A DNA stretch of 62,913 bases, counting the filler, from Rhabdomonas costata (lineage: Eukaryota): the NCBI GenBank assembly GCA_019059605.1. It is 34 parts of 34 records of this genome, joined end to end, with 100 filler letters (N's around TTAATTAATTAA, not from the genome) between each part and the next. Parts side by side here need not be neighbours in the genome. Positions count along the whole stretch, not along the records: positions 59,281 to 61,064 come from JAHMHO010009586.1; positions 61,165 to 62,913 come from JAHMHO010009587.1; 32 more parts are not named here. One strand, 5' to 3'. Positions within the stretch are counted from its first letter, which is position 1. Each line of letters starts with the position of its first letter. Below, piece by piece: positions 61,004 through 62,913 of this stretch. The translations under genes and the position numbers were made by a program. Below the pieces are notes generated by a model, which saw nothing but the letters and a program-made list of their open reading frames with translations, was not told where the DNA came from and did not search any database.

Positions 61004-62913
61004 CTATGTGTGGTAACAGTGGACAAGTCAGTCAAGCACCGACATAAGCTGAGCACCAACTGGANNNNNNNNNNNNNNNNNNNNNNNNNNNNNNNNNNNN
61101 NNNNNNNNTTAATTAATTAANNNNNNNNNNNNNNNNNNNNNNNNNNNNNNNNNNNNNNNNNNNNGTTGGGGGGTTTTCTCATTTTTAGCAAAGACAACCT
61201 CAATAAAAGGCCAAAAATGAGAAAACCCCGCATATATAAAAAAGGATCACAGAGTTTTGTCACAGATTGCTGCAGTACCTCGGCTTAAGGTTAGGCTAAG
61301 TAAATCTATGTAGGTCAGTCAAGGCCCAAAAAGGGTCCATTTAGACCCTTGAAAATGCAGCGAAGTCGACAAGCATCCAACAACGACTCAGGATGGACCG
61401 TTCAAGATGCCACATCTAGGCGTAGAAATGGACCCCCCCCCAAAAAAAAGAGCGTCCAAAGTTCTGTAATTAGGTGCAGTGCTCAGTGGCCCTGCTCAGC
61501 AATGACAGAAACGCTCTCCCCACGCGTAAAGAGAAAAATGGGCGAGGAGCGACAACAAGGAGGTAGTCGTGGTGGTGGTAATTGTGAGAGTCGGCGCACA
61601 GCCACACACCGGCAACGCAGCACTGCAGCTGCAGTGTGGGATAGTCGTGATCATCGCTGGAAGGATCCGCGGAGGGGTTTGTGAAGGCCACAGCCTCCAC
61701 TAAGTTGGAGCGGTACGGGCCCTTTCCTTGACACAAGTACCCCCAGAAGTCCGCCACTCTCTGCGCATCGCACACGCACATACCCACAAACACATCAAAA
61801 CAGAATGCGAGCAGGCAATGAGCTCATATCGGGTAACAGGATACGCTGAGATAGGCGGAAATCTTTGGAGGAACGGGGGGGGGGGTACGGGGAAAATCAC
61901 GCGTCAAAGTGAGTGGTTCATAGGATAAGAGGAGAAAATATGAATGCCTTGGGCCACCACTTGACACCAAAACAAAGGCCACTTGAACATTCTAACGGAA
62001 AACCACTGTAGTTGTATTGGTGTTGCTGGTGCCCCGGTTGCTGCACGACTGCTGGTCCGATTTTACAAAAAAGGGTTTCCCTGGAAAACTGAAAAATCTA
62101 TCGCTTGGCCGACTTTTCACCGCTACACAGCGGCGGAGCCAAAAGTCTCCACCAGAAAATGCTGAAAAATTGAAAATCTCTGCAATTGCATGTTTTGTAT
62201 GTCTGACGACACAAAAAAGGTAAACGGAAGACCGGGCCTTTATTGTCTGCTCCCTTTTCCAAAAAAATCAAACCGAACGCGTATCCAGACGTAGGGACGA
62301 AGTGTAAAGGGTGCACCGACGTAGAAGTGATGGTGGAATGCCTCCTAAGACGCTGAAATGATGACTCGATTCTTACCCTATCGCAGGCCTCGAAACCCAA
62401 AATGGTAGAGTGACTCGAAATGGAGCGCGCCGAGCGCGACCCTAACTCATGATGCATATGGATTGAGTGACCGTAAGAACCTTATGGTGGTGGGGGGAAC
62501 CATCGTGGTGACGTGTGATCGTAGCCGCATTATGGCGGTGGATGGAACGGGAGGAGAATGAAGAGGAAGAGCCGTCACCCGCTTCACCGCTGTCACGTTT
62601 ACGCTCGTTCCTACCTTCATGGTCGCATTCTCAGTCCTTTTCCCTTTTCCAGCTCAAGATTACGACACCATCGTCACACTTTCTGCCTTTAACAAACTGC
62701 CTCCGCCCGGAAACCCGGAAACCAAGACACCGGTCCAATCTTCAACAAGGTGTCGGGATAAAATACCCCACCGCGTCGCCAATTGAACTCTGCAATATTG
62801 CCGAACGCGTAGGACCACAACCGGGGAACAAGGATCCTAAATTGGGCAATGCCAAGCCCATTTGCGCAAAGCATTCAGATCACCGAGTTAAGATCGGACC
62901 ATTGAACCCAAAA

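Overview
This window is not one locus. It is 34 unrelated contigs of about 1.75 kb joined by 33 artificial 100-nt linkers (N44-TTAATTAATTAA-N44), so gene neighbourhood across linkers has no meaning. Many contig ends carry G/T-only tails (C/A-only at 3' ends) and fold-back hairpins, which point to primer-based whole-genome amplification. The DNA is eukaryotic, with short GC-rich exons, GT-AG introns and probably some GC-AG introns. Gene content suggests a euglenozoan, most likely a heterotrophic euglenid (inference): a receptor-type adenylate cyclase, a tandem-GAF phosphodiesterase-like gene, a TDY MAP kinase and AG acceptors just before start codons. Recognisable gene fragments are two class III cyclases, an APC amino-acid permease, an LRR protein, an SMI1/KNR4 (SUKH) protein, an ABCG transporter, an MEKK-like pseudokinase, a pentameric ligand-gated channel, a SagB/ThcOx nitroreductase with a mitochondrial-type leader, a membrane histidine kinase, CMSS1, a RecQ helicase, a 2OG-Fe(II) oxygenase, P5C reductase, a MAPK and decayed CRE-like retroelements. 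The most unusual signal is a set of G/T-rich, A-poor segments encoding scrambled mitochondrial complex I gene pieces: nad5 is clear, nad1 is likely and nad4 is tentative. All assignments come from manual motif recognition; no database searches were run.
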